Positions 34,968 to 45,202 of a DNA stretch of 64,000 bases are shown in pieces; the first letter of the stretch is position 1, and the number at the start of each line of letters is the position of its first letter. The notes beneath the pieces were generated by a model. The model made no database searches. It was not told the origin of the DNA and saw only the letters and a list, made by a program, of their open reading frames with translations. Source of the DNA: an uncultured Geobacteraceae bacterium (GTDB lineage Bacteria; Desulfobacterota; Desulfuromonadia; Geobacterales; Pseudopelobacteraceae). The DNA is taken from assembly GCA_942493195.1 (NCBI GenBank), contig OW818669.1:323478-387477 (forward strand), in the 5' to 3' direction. The position numbers and the translations under genes are program-made.

Positions 34968-36335
34968 ATGAAGAATCAAAGTCTGAAAAAGAAAACTCCG
35001 GTAATCATCGCCCGGCCGGAACACGGGATCTCCCGCTCGCTCATCAACCCGAACGCCCTGCGTATCCTTTACCGTCTGAAGGACAACGGCTATATCGGGT
35101 ATCTCGTCGGCGGCTGTGTGCGCGACCTGCTGCTGGGGCGGGAACCGAAGGATTTTGACGTGGTGACCAACGCCACGCCTAACGAAGTGAAGCGGATCTT
35201 CCGCAACTGTCGTCTGATCGGGCGGCGTTTTCGCCTGGCGCACCTGCACTTCCAGGATGAGATCATCGAGGTGGCCACCTTTCGGTCACTGGCTGCGGAC
35301 GAACCGGAGCCCCAGTCCGCTGGTACCCACGACGGGTCACATCGGCACCCGCGAACGTTGAAGGACGACGACGGCATGATCCTGCGGGACAACGTCTACG
35401 GCACCCCGGCCGAGGATGCCCTGCGGCGTGACTTCACCGTCAACTCGCTCTGCTACAGCATCGCCGATTTTTCCATCATCGATTACAGCAACGGCCTGGC
35501 CGATCTCAATGCCGGTATCATCCGCACCATCGGTGATCCGGACGTCCGTTTCCGGGAAGACCCGGTCCGGATGCTGCGGGCGGTGCGCTTTGCCGCCCTG
35601 CTTGGCTTCAGCATCGAGGAAACTACCCGTGCGGCCCTGGTGGCTGCTGCAGATACGATTGTCAGGGCGGCGCCGGCCCGTCTCTACGAGGAGCTGCTCA
35701 AAATATTTCTCTCGGGAGAAGCGGCTTCATGCGGTGATCTGCTCCAGCGCAGCGGGCTTTTTACGGCGCTGTTTCCGCATTTTTCGCGCTGGCTCGGCGT
35801 CGAAAATGATGGTTTTCCCCATACCGGTTTCGGACAGATGCTGGCCCGCATTGATGACATCATCCAGCAGGGCGGCAAGGTTTCTGCGCCGCTCCTATTG
35901 GCGCTGCTGTTCGGTGAGTATCTTGATGAGAAGTCGGAGCGCTTCCGGCAACGCGGCGCTCCCCGGCAGCAGAGCATTGATGCGGCAGTGGCGGAGTTCA
36001 TGGGTGAAACCTGTCCGACGGTCATGATCATGAACCGCGTTGGGATTGCGCTGCGCGATATCATCAGCCAGCAGATGCGTCTGAACAAGATCCCCGGGCG
36101 AAAACCGGAGGCGTTCGTTGTCCGTCGTGATTTTGATGATATCATTGCATACTTCAGGATCACTGCTTGCGAGGAACCGAACCATGCCAGACAGCTCGAC
36201 TGGTGGCTGGCGTGTGCAAAGGAGCATGAGGGGGCGCTGCCGGTGTCGCCCGAAGCGTCACAGGGTATCGAGGCGCCGCATCGAAAGAGAAAGAGACGCC
36301 GGCGGAGGAAGCCGGCTGCAAAACGCACGGATTAA
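34968..36335 (+). CDS. pcnB: poly(A) polymerase I
   Basis: The N-terminal head domain (LVGGCVRDLLLGREPKDFDVVTNATPNEVKRIFRNCRLIGRRFRLAHLHF, RDFTVNSL, EDPVRMLRAVRFAA) and a highly basic C-terminal tail (RKRKRRRRRKPAAKR). Confidence 0.9.
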   Translation: MKNQSLKKKTPVIIARPEHGISRSLINPNALRILYRLKDNGYIGYLVGGCVRDLLLGREPKDFDVVTNATPNEVKRIFRNCRLIGRRFRLAHLHFQDEIIEVATFRSLAADEPEPQSAGTHDGSHRHPRTLKDDDGMILRDNVYGTPAEDALRRDFTVNSLCYSIADFSIIDYSNGLADLNAGIIRTIGDPDVRFREDPVRMLRAVRFAALLGFSIEETTRAALVAAADTIVRAAPARLYEELLKIFLSGEAASCGDLLQRSGLFTALFPHFSRWLGVENDGFPHTGFGQMLARIDDIIQQGGKVSAPLLLALLFGEYLDEKSERFRQRGAPRQQSIDAAVAEFMGETCPTVMIMNRVGIALRDIISQQMRLNKIPGRKPEAFVVRRDFDDIIAYFRITACEEPNHARQLDWWLACAKEHEGALPVSPEASQGIEAPHRKRKRRRRRKPAAKRTD

Positions 36336-36336
36336 C

Positions 36337-36500
36337 CTGGAAAAAGCATTTGAAACTCGGAGACACGGAGAACACAGAGTAAAATCTGACTGATAGAGTC
36401 GAAATCACACGTTTAAAGGTTCACCAAAATGTTTTTTTTGCTTTTGCCCTTAACGTTTTGATTTCTCCGTGTACTCTGTGGTTCTGTGTTATTGAACTGC
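36337..36500. repeat. 164-bp MITE-like / structured-RNA repeat, copy A
   Basis: About 85% identical over its full length to 42797-42960. CACAGAG/CTCTGTG-based imperfect terminal inverted repeats (GGAGAACACAGAGTAAAATCTGA … TTTCTCCGTGTACTCTGTGGTTCTGTG) flank an AT-rich core. Begins 2 bp after the pcnB stop. Confidence 0.8.
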
Positions 36501-36616
36501 CGTTTTTAGGATTAAGGGCGTTAGCCCGCGGGAAGCCGGGGTTGCGGATATTATTGCGGGATCGTACAGACGGTTCAAAGAGCAGTAGTCTTGAGATACA
36601 GCAAAGGGAGGACACC

Positions 36617-36919
36617 ATGAAACGTAACATGTTTGCTTCAGCCAGGCGCTATGAGGGCGTGAAGGACCCCGAAGCCGCTGCAAAGACGGTCGATGAGGTG
36701 TTTGTGCCGCTCATATCCAAGCTGCCGGGCTTCGTCGAGTACTTCTGGATCGATCTGGGTGATGGCGCGATGATGTCTATCACTATTTTTAAGACGCTTT
36801 CCGAAGCGATTAAAGCGAATGAAAAATCACGTATCTGGGTGAAGGAACACCTGAGTTCGGTGCTGGCGCCCTCGGTCCGGATCGAGGCCGGGTCAATCGT
36901 CGCGTATAAGGGGAAATAG
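36617..36919 (+). CDS. hypothetical small protein (possibly ABM/Dabb-type alpha+beta barrel)
   Basis: 100 aa. RBS AAAGGGAGGA. Product MKRNMFASARRYEGVKDPEAAAKTVDEVFVPLISKLPGFVEYFWIDLGDGAMMSITIFKTLSEA…. The family call is tentative. Confidence 0.45.
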   Translation: MKRNMFASARRYEGVKDPEAAAKTVDEVFVPLISKLPGFVEYFWIDLGDGAMMSITIFKTLSEAIKANEKSRIWVKEHLSSVLAPSVRIEAGSIVAYKGK

Positions 36920-36994
36920 CGGGGAGTCAGCGGGACAGGTCTGTGCCGGGCCATGCGACAGTTACACAGAACCTGCCCTGCAGTGTTCCTTCGA

Positions 36995-37366
36995 CTACCA
37001 GGTCTGGGTAACAGAGTCGGGCGATACTGCCACTGTAGCCCGCAGCCAGTCGAACTTGGACTTCAGCAGGTCAAAATCCGGTCCGGAGGTGACAAATGTC
37101 GCTTTACCCTTGATCAGGAACCCGGCGCCCGGCCCATGCAGGCCCTGCACTTTGCTGCTCCCCAGAGTGACCAGGACTTCCGGGTTGAAGGTGATATTGG
37201 CTTCGGTGCGATGCATGTAACCGGCCGGGATCAACAGACGGCCTTCGGGGGAGACCCGGAGGTAACTGTTCCAGGTGTTGACCATGTGCGGCCCGTCCTG
37301 GCCCAGGGTGGCGATGGCGACTACGCCGTCTTGTTTGAGGACTTCCAGCAGTTTTTCGGTAATCAT
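36995..37366 (-). CDS. pyridoxamine 5'-phosphate oxidase-like FMN-binding split-barrel protein
   Basis: …VVAIATLGQDGPHMVNTW…RLLIPAGYMHRTEANI…GKATFV… fold pattern. Start chosen at MITEKLL; the ORF extends to 37405. Confidence 0.5.
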   Translation of the reverse strand: MITEKLLEVLKQDGVVAIATLGQDGPHMVNTWNSYLRVSPEGRLLIPAGYMHRTEANITFNPEVLVTLGSSKVQGLHGPGAGFLIKGKATFVTSGPDFDLLKSKFDWLRATVAVSPDSVTQTW

Positions 37367-37656
37367 TGATTTCTCCTGTTGATGAAATAAGGGTGCAGGT
37401 TTCATGTATGCTGGTTAAAGCCGAGCATCATTTCACGATCGATCTTATCGCTCATCGCTCAAGCTGGACAAGCAAATATTCGTTACTGCATGGAAAAAAC
37501 CTTCATCGGAAATAATAAGGCGACAGGCAACAGTAATGGCATATAACAGTAACAGTCAGCCTGTCCCGATTTAGTTCGACTCAAGAATAATGCCGTCAAT
37601 AGTAGTAAAACAGGGAAAAATGGTCGCCTGCCGCCCTGGTTTGACAAGGAGAAGGA

Positions 37657-38937
37657 ATGTCGAAGAAAAACGTAACCACAAAAGACCCAGGCAGCACAGT
37701 AACCAGGGACGTACGGCTTGATGAGGATGCCTTCCGCAGGCTTCCGCTGGTCGAAAAACGGGCCTACCTGGAGCAGGTGCTCCCCAAGGAGAAACTGGCC
37801 CTGATCCTGGATGATCCGGACAGCACCGTACTGGCCCGGGCTATGCAGCCTCACGAACTGTACTGGCTTTTCAAGGAGGAGGGCGGCGCTGATGCCATGC
37901 GGTTGCTGGCCTTGGCCAGCCCGGAACAGTGCGTTTTCATTCTGGATATGGAACTCTGGCGGGGTTGGTCGCTGCTGGAGAATAAGGCGGTTCAATACCT
38001 GGGGTATCTCCTGCAGGGGGGTGTGGAGCATTTTCTGGAACTGCTGCCCCATCTGGATTTCAACCTGCTCTCCCTGTTGCTGGGGAGAGAACTGGTTGTA
38101 GCGGGGGGGATCGGCGATCTCAATACGGACGAGGAACGTCAGACCGATTGGGACCACACCTTTGATGATGTATTCCTGATTAAATTCAAGAACCCCAAGC
38201 ACGCCCAGATCATCGGGCTGTTCCTGGAACTGATCTGTCGCTATGACAATTCCCTGTACACGTCACTCCTGGAAAGTGTCAGCGGCGAAGTCGACATCGA
38301 AGCGGAAGAGGAGTGTTACCATACAAAATCCGGCCGTCTGGCCGATCTGGGCTTTCCCCCACGCGAGGAGGCGCTGGAGATCTACTCCCGCATCGACCCG
38401 ACCACCTTTAACCCCGGTCGCAACAAGGTCCTGCAGCAGGCGGTCGAAGCCACCACGCTTCCAGGGATACTCCTTGGCGGAAAGACCTTTCTCGAGCGGG
38501 TCATCGCCCGGACGGATTCGGATCTGTTCCGCATGGAGCTGAATTACCTGATTAACACCGCCCTGGTGGCCGATGAAGCCCACCTGGCCGACATGGAGCA
38601 GATGCGATCGGTGGTGGAGCGGGTTTACGGGTATCTGAACATCGCCCTGGAATACCTGTGCGCAGGGGATGAGACCAGAGGCGTGGAGATCGTCGCCGGT
38701 GAGTATCTGAAACGGCTCTTCCAGCTGGGCTTCAGCCTTGTGATCGCCCTCAAGATCAGGGCCGAGAAGCTGAGCGACACGGAGTACGCCACGGGTAAGG
38801 CCCTGTCTGGTTTGAAGGCCGCCCGTCCCCGCTATTATCGCGGGCTTGACCCCGACGGTATCGACGGCTACCGGGAATTCATGGAGCTGGGGGATGTGAC
38901 CAGGGTGGCAGATTTCCTGAAAGGGCTGGAAGGGTGA
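37657..38937 (+). CDS. conserved hypothetical soluble protein
   Basis: 426 aa. Good RBS (AAGGAGAAGGA). Globular composition, no TM segments. Chosen over the overlapping antisense ORFs, which are low-complexity. Confidence 0.5.
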   Translation: MSKKNVTTKDPGSTVTRDVRLDEDAFRRLPLVEKRAYLEQVLPKEKLALILDDPDSTVLARAMQPHELYWLFKEEGGADAMRLLALASPEQCVFILDMELWRGWSLLENKAVQYLGYLLQGGVEHFLELLPHLDFNLLSLLLGRELVVAGGIGDLNTDEERQTDWDHTFDDVFLIKFKNPKHAQIIGLFLELICRYDNSLYTSLLESVSGEVDIEAEEECYHTKSGRLADLGFPPREEALEIYSRIDPTTFNPGRNKVLQQAVEATTLPGILLGGKTFLERVIARTDSDLFRMELNYLINTALVADEAHLADMEQMRSVVERVYGYLNIALEYLCAGDETRGVEIVAGEYLKRLFQLGFSLVIALKIRAEKLSDTEYATGKALSGLKAARPRYYRGLDPDGIDGYREFMELGDVTRVADFLKGLEG

Positions 38938-39039
38938 TTGTGGTACTGATTGATAACGGGGGGACCGTTTGATACCAGCGGTCAGCATGCCCTCAGCAGG
39001 TGGATAGACTCCAAAATCGATTCAAAAGGAGATTCCGTT

Positions 39040-39444
39040 ATGAAAAAAACTGTCATTGCCGTTCTGTTCGCTCTGGCCCTCCCCGTTACCAGTTTTGCTG
39101 CCGACACCATGCGTGACGGGTACTGGGAGCTGATCACCACCATGGAAATGCCCGGCATGCCTGTGAAGATGGCGCCCACCAAGGTAAAACACTGCTACTC
39201 CAAGGAAGATGTCAAGGATCAGAAAAAGACTATAACCACTGATAAAAACTGTACCGTTACCGATTTAAAACAGTCCGGCAATAAGGTCAGCTGGAAGATG
39301 AAGTGTACCGGTAAAAATGCCGGTGTCTTCAGCGGCGAGACGGTTTACAGGGGTGACGCCTACGATTCGACCATGAAGATGCAGGCCCAGGGACAGACCA
39401 TGAATATGAAGGTCAAGGCCAAGCGGCTGGGGGATTGTCCGTAA
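39040..39444 (+). CDS. secreted small protein (DUF3617-like)
   Basis: Signal peptide MKKTVIAVLFALALPVTSFA. Lys-rich ~110-aa domain with 4 Cys. Confidence 0.45.
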   Translation: MKKTVIAVLFALALPVTSFAADTMRDGYWELITTMEMPGMPVKMAPTKVKHCYSKEDVKDQKKTITTDKNCTVTDLKQSGNKVSWKMKCTGKNAGVFSGETVYRGDAYDSTMKMQAQGQTMNMKVKAKRLGDCP

Positions 39445-39576
39445 ATTCCATTGGCAACACATACGATGTGGCTGACCTACAAACACTTCTGCGATCACGT
39501 AGCACAGTGGCGGGTAGGACTTCGTGAAACAAATATGTTCCAACATAACAGTATTCATTGCCGGAGGTCATAAACC

Positions 39577-41067
<1,491 letters not shown>

Positions 41068-41081
41068 AAAAGTTAAATCAG

Positions 41082-41169
41082 TTCCCTCCCCCCTGGCGGG
41101 GGAGGGTTAGGGTGGGGGGGAGGTTGCCATGCAATCAGTAAGTAGCACCTTCACCCACCCCCTAACCCC
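41082..41169. repeat. GC-rich palindromic REP-like element copy 2 plus inverted partner (G-quadruplex-capable GGGTTAGGGTGGGGGGG)
   Basis: 41082-41123 TTCCCTCCCCCCTGGCGGGGGAGGGTTAGGGTGGGGGGGAGG. At 41152-41169, CACCCACCCCCTAACCCC is the reverse complement of the GGGTTAGGG block. It spans the glpA RBS and start codon. Confidence 0.75.
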
Positions 41170-42745
41170 ATCTCGTCAAGGGAGGGGGGATCTTTCTGCA
41201 AGAGGTCTGTACCTGTCCCAACTGGAAAACGAAACCTGGGATATGATCATCGTCGGCGGCGGTGCCACCGGGCTGGGTACAGCGGTGGAGGCGGCCAGCC
41301 GCGGCTACCGTACGCTGCTGCTGGAACAGGGTGACTTTGCCCAGGGAACCTCCAGCCGCAGTACCAAGCTGATCCATGGCGGGGTGCGCTATCTGCAGCA
41401 GGGTAACCTGTCGCTGGTACTGGAGGCTCTGCGGGAGCGGGGCCTGCTGATCCGCAATGCTCCCCACTTGGTGCACAATCAGTCCTTCGTTGTGCCGCTC
41501 TACGACTGGTGGGAAGGTCCGTTCTACGGGGTCGGCCTCAAGCTGTACGATGTGCTGGCCGGCAAGCTGGGTTTGGGGCCATCGTGCCTGCTGTCGCGGG
41601 AGGAGACCCTGCAGCATCTTCCCACGGTGGAACCCCATGGCCTCAAGGGTGGCGTAATTTATCATGACGGCCAGTTCGACGATGCCCGTTTGGCGGTCAC
41701 CCTGGCCTTGACGCTCTCAGACCTGGGAGGCGTGGCGCTCAACTACCTGCCGGTGACCGGCATCACCCGCGAGAATGGTCTGGTGGCCGGCGTGCAGGCT
41801 CAGGACCGGGAGAGCGGCCGCGCGTTCAGCATCCGAGGGCGTGTGGTGGTCAATGCGGCCGGTCCCTTTATTGATGGGGTGCGCCGCATGGTTGATCCCG
41901 AAGCCCGCGACCTGATTACCCCCAGCCAGGGAGTGCATCTGGTGCTGGAGCGTTCCTTCCTGCCGGGTGACAGCGCTATCATGGTGCCCCATACCGACGA
42001 TGGCCGGGTGTTGTTTGCCGTACCCTGGCATGGCCGCACCATTGTTGGCACAACAGACACGGCAATTCCTGCTGCGGTGTTGGAGCCACGGCCCCTGCCG
42101 GAGGAGGTCGATTTCCTGCTTTCCCACGCCGCTCGTTACTTGACCCGTCACCCGCAACGCTCCGATGTGTTAAGTATTTTTGCCGGTATCCGTCCACTGG
42201 TGCGGGGTGACGGCGGCGCTACCGCCTCGCTGTCGAGGGATCACACACTGCTGGTGGAGAGCAGCGGCCTGGTGACGATTGCCGGCGGAAAGTGGACCAC
42301 CTACCGCAAGATGGGTGAGGATACGGTTACTGCAGCGGCCCAGGTGGCCGGGTTGGACGTACACCCATCGGTAACCGCCGAACTGCGGGTTCATGGCTGG
42401 CAGGAGGGTGGTGACCCGGCCGACCCGCTACAGGTGTACGGCAGTGATCGTGCCGGATTGGAGGCGTTGCTTCGGGAGAATCCCGCCTGGCGGGAGCGGC
42501 TGCATCCGGACCTTCCGTATCGTGTGGGCGAAGTTATCTGGGGTGTACGCCATGAGGCCGCCCGGACGGTGGAGGATGTGCTGGCTCGCCGCACCAGGGC
42601 GCTGTTGCTGGATGCCCGTGCCAGTATGGCTGTGACAGCCAGGGTTGCCGGATTGATGGCCGGGGAGCTGGGGCAGGATCAGGCCTGGCAGGATGCCCAA
42701 GTAGTTGCATTTACGGAACTGGCCCGGGGGTATCTGCTGGAATAG
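41129..42745 (+). CDS. glpA: FAD-dependent glycerol-3-phosphate dehydrogenase (GlpA/GlpD family)
   Basis: Dinucleotide fold DMIIVGGGATGLGTAVEAASRGYRTLLLEQGDFAQGTSSRSTKLIHGGVRYLQ. C-terminal alpha-helical domain. The start is ambiguous: 41129 (RBS GGAGG inside the repeat) or 41243 (MIIVGGG). Confidence 0.85.
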   Translation: MQSVSSTFTHPLTPSRQGRGDLSARGLYLSQLENETWDMIIVGGGATGLGTAVEAASRGYRTLLLEQGDFAQGTSSRSTKLIHGGVRYLQQGNLSLVLEALRERGLLIRNAPHLVHNQSFVVPLYDWWEGPFYGVGLKLYDVLAGKLGLGPSCLLSREETLQHLPTVEPHGLKGGVIYHDGQFDDARLAVTLALTLSDLGGVALNYLPVTGITRENGLVAGVQAQDRESGRAFSIRGRVVVNAAGPFIDGVRRMVDPEARDLITPSQGVHLVLERSFLPGDSAIMVPHTDDGRVLFAVPWHGRTIVGTTDTAIPAAVLEPRPLPEEVDFLLSHAARYLTRHPQRSDVLSIFAGIRPLVRGDGGATASLSRDHTLLVESSGLVTIAGGKWTTYRKMGEDTVTAAAQVAGLDVHPSVTAELRVHGWQEGGDPADPLQVYGSDRAGLEALLRENPAWRERLHPDLPYRVGEVIWGVRHEAARTVEDVLARRTRALLLDARASMAVTARVAGLMAGELGQDQAWQDAQVVAFTELARGYLLE

Positions 42746-42796
42746 CGTTGTGTGAAGTTTCCCTGGGGTGGGAATTGTAGAGGGGTTAGCATTAAA

Positions 42797-42960
42797 CCTA
42801 GAAAAAGCATCTGAAACACAGAGTCACAGAGAACACGGAGTAAAATCTGAGAATTATTAATCAAAGAATGTTTTTATGATTCACCCAAAAGGAGAATCTC
42901 GCTTTTGCTTTAAGTCCTTTATTTCTCTGTGTACTCTGTGTCTCTGTGTTATTGAACTGC
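42797..42960. repeat. 164-bp MITE-like / structured-RNA repeat, copy B
   Basis: Same orientation and ends as 36337-36500 (CCTAGAAAAAGCATCTGAAAC … GTGTTATTGAACTGC). Lies about 50 bp after the glpA stop. Confidence 0.8.
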
Positions 42961-43025
42961 TGTATGTCGGTTAAATCTTAAAAACGTTATTACCAGGTTA
43001 AAAAAACCGTATTACTTTATGGTTT

Positions 43026-43532
43026 CTACCGATCAAACCGTCCGGCACAATCATCCTGCCCTCCGCGAATCTTTTCCACACCATGTCCGATCGTCGGCCA
43101 GACCGCCGCCAGGTTTTCCAAGGCCCCCTTGGGGCTGCCGGGCAGGTTGATAATCAGTGAGCGGTTGCGGATGCCGGCCGTGGCCCGTGACAGCGAGGCC
43201 ATGGGGGTGATCTTGAGGCTCTCCAGTCGCATCAGCTCTCCCAGGCCGGGGATCATGCGGCTGCAAACCTGCGCCGTTGCTTCGGGGGTTACATCCCGGG
43301 GGGAGACGCCGGTGCCGCCGGTGGTCAGGATCAGGTCGGCCAGGTCCCGGTCGGCCCACTCCGTCAGTACCTCTACAATCTGGTCATATTCATCGGGAAT
43401 CACCCGGGCATGCACGGTCTGTACGCCGCGTTCCGCCAGCCAGGACGACAGTGCCGGCCCGCTTTGATCTACCCGTTCACCCCGCGACCCTTTGTCACTG
43501 AGGGTTAGTATCGCCGCTCTAATCTGGTTCAT
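43026..43532 (-). CDS. mogA: molybdopterin adenylyltransferase MogA/MoaB
   Basis: 168 aa (…AAILTLSDKGSRGERVDQSGP…LILTTGGTGVSPRDVTPEA…). Confidence 0.8.
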   Translation of the reverse strand: MNQIRAAILTLSDKGSRGERVDQSGPALSSWLAERGVQTVHARVIPDEYDQIVEVLTEWADRDLADLILTTGGTGVSPRDVTPEATAQVCSRMIPGLGELMRLESLKITPMASLSRATAGIRNRSLIINLPGSPKGALENLAAVWPTIGHGVEKIRGGQDDCAGRFDR

Positions 43533-43547
43533 CGTTATTATCTCCCC

Positions 43548-44051
43548 TCAGTAGGCTCCCGGGTCATGTCCGACCACCGCATCCCGCCGATAGGTACCGC
43601 TCTTGCCGCCTTCCTTGAACAGCAGGCTGATCTGCCCGATGGCGATGGATTTGTCGGCCCCCTTGCACATGTCGTAGATTGTCAGGGCCGCCAGGGTGGC
43701 GCCGGTCATGGCTTCCATCTCCACCCCGGTCCGTTCCAGGGCCTTGACTGTACAGATCACCAGGATTGATCCGGAGACGGCATCCTGCTCGAACTCGATT
43801 GCTGCATGGTGTATGGCCAGCGGGTGCGAAAGGGGGATCAGCTCCGATGTACGCTTGACGGCCTGGATGCCGGCCAGGCGGGCCACACCGAAGACATCGC
43901 CCTTGGCGATGCCGCCGCTGTTGATAGCAGCCAGAAGGTCCGGCGACATCTGCACCAGTGCCTCGGCGATGGCGGTGCGCAGGGTGGGCTGTTTGGCGGA
44001 AACATCCACCATGACTGCGTTGCCCCGATCATCAAAATGATTGAAATTCAT
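43548..44051 (-). CDS. moaC: cyclic pyranopterin monophosphate synthase MoaC
   Basis: 167 aa (…MVDVSAKQPTLRTA…KGDVFGVARLAGIQAVKRTSELIPLSHPL…). Confidence 0.9.
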   Translation of the reverse strand: MNFNHFDDRGNAVMVDVSAKQPTLRTAIAEALVQMSPDLLAAINSGGIAKGDVFGVARLAGIQAVKRTSELIPLSHPLAIHHAAIEFEQDAVSGSILVICTVKALERTGVEMEAMTGATLAALTIYDMCKGADKSIAIGQISLLFKEGGKSGTYRRDAVVGHDPGAY

Positions 44052-44065
44052 TGGTGGTCTCCCGT

Positions 44066-45127
44066 TTATTCCTGCGGCAGGTACTGTTCGAACTGCTTTT
44101 TGTCAATGGAACAGCGATGGGCCTCTTCAGGATTGATACGCTTGGTTTTGAGCAGGTCCAGCAGGTGTTGATCCATCAGCTGCATGCCGTCTTTCTTGGC
44201 GGTCTGGATGATGGAGGGGATCTGGAATGTTTTCCCTTCGCGGATCAGGTTTGCAACTGCCGGTGTGCCCAGCATGATCTCCAGGCCGGCCACGCGCCCC
44301 TTGCCGTCGACGGTTTTGAGCAGTTGCTGGCAGACGACCCCCTTCAGGGACTCGGAGAGCATGGAACGCACCTGCTCCTGCTGGTCGGTGGGAAAGACAT
44401 CAATAATGCGGTCGATGGTCTTGGCGGCGGTATTGGTGTGCAGGGTGCCGAAAACAAGGTGTCCGGTTTCGGCAGCACTCATGGCCAGCTGAATGGTGGT
44501 CAGGTCGCGCATTTCGCCCACCAGGATGATGTCCGGATCCTCGCGCAGGGCCGCCCGCAGCGCCGATGCAAAACTTTCGGTATGTTCGCCGATCTGGCGC
44601 TGATTCAGGAGTGATTGCTTGTTCTCGTGGATGAACTCCAGCGGATCCTCCAGGGTCAGGATGTGCTCTTTACGGGTGGAGTTGATCAGGTCGATCATGG
44701 CCGCCAGTGTGGTGGATTTGCCCGAGCCGGTCGGCCCGGTTACCAACACCAGCCCCTTCTTGAAGTTGGTCATGCGGCGGACACCCTCCGGCAGGCCCAA
44801 TTCGTCGGCGGTCAAAATTTTGGTGGGAATAATGCGAAACACCGCTGCCACCCCGCGATGGGTCATCATGATGTTGCCGCGGAAACGGGCCAGATCAGGC
44901 ACCGCATAGGCAAAATCCAGGTCCTTGGTGGCATTGAAATGGGCCTGCTGCTTTTCGTCCAGAATCTCGAACAGAACGGACATCAGTTCGTCATGCCCCA
45001 GTGCCTTGAACTGCAGGCGTGCCATTTCTCCGTGCAGGCGGAAAATGGGGGGATTGCCACTGGAGAGGTGCAGGTCAGAGGCCCCCTGCTCCTTCATCAT
45101 CCTGAATAATGCGTCGATCTTGGCCAT
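44066..45127 (-). CDS. pilT: type IV pilus retraction ATPase PilT
   Basis: 353 aa. Walker A GPTGSGKSTT, Asp box and His box (…ILVGEMRD…, GHLVFGTLHTN), and a typical PilT N-terminus (…GASDLHLSSGNPP…). Confidence 0.9.
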   Translation of the reverse strand: MAKIDALFRMMKEQGASDLHLSSGNPPIFRLHGEMARLQFKALGHDELMSVLFEILDEKQQAHFNATKDLDFAYAVPDLARFRGNIMMTHRGVAAVFRIIPTKILTADELGLPEGVRRMTNFKKGLVLVTGPTGSGKSTTLAAMIDLINSTRKEHILTLEDPLEFIHENKQSLLNQRQIGEHTESFASALRAALREDPDIILVGEMRDLTTIQLAMSAAETGHLVFGTLHTNTAAKTIDRIIDVFPTDQQEQVRSMLSESLKGVVCQQLLKTVDGKGRVAGLEIMLGTPAVANLIREGKTFQIPSIIQTAKKDGMQLMDQHLLDLLKTKRINPEEAHRCSIDKKQFEQYLPQE

Positions 45128-45149
45128 ATATATCTTCTCCTTCGATTGT

Positions 45150-45200
45150 TGTATCCCCTCTTCCCGGGGGAGAGGGTGGCCGCAGGCCGGGTGAGGGGCA
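45150..45200. repeat. GC-rich palindromic element related to the 25090/41082 family
   Basis: CCCCTCTTCCCGGGGGAGAGGG (arms CCCTCTTCCC/GGGAGAGGG) followed by GTGGCCGCAGGCCGGGTGAGGGG, in the pilB-like to pilT intergenic region. Confidence 0.6.
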
Positions 45201-45202
45201 AC

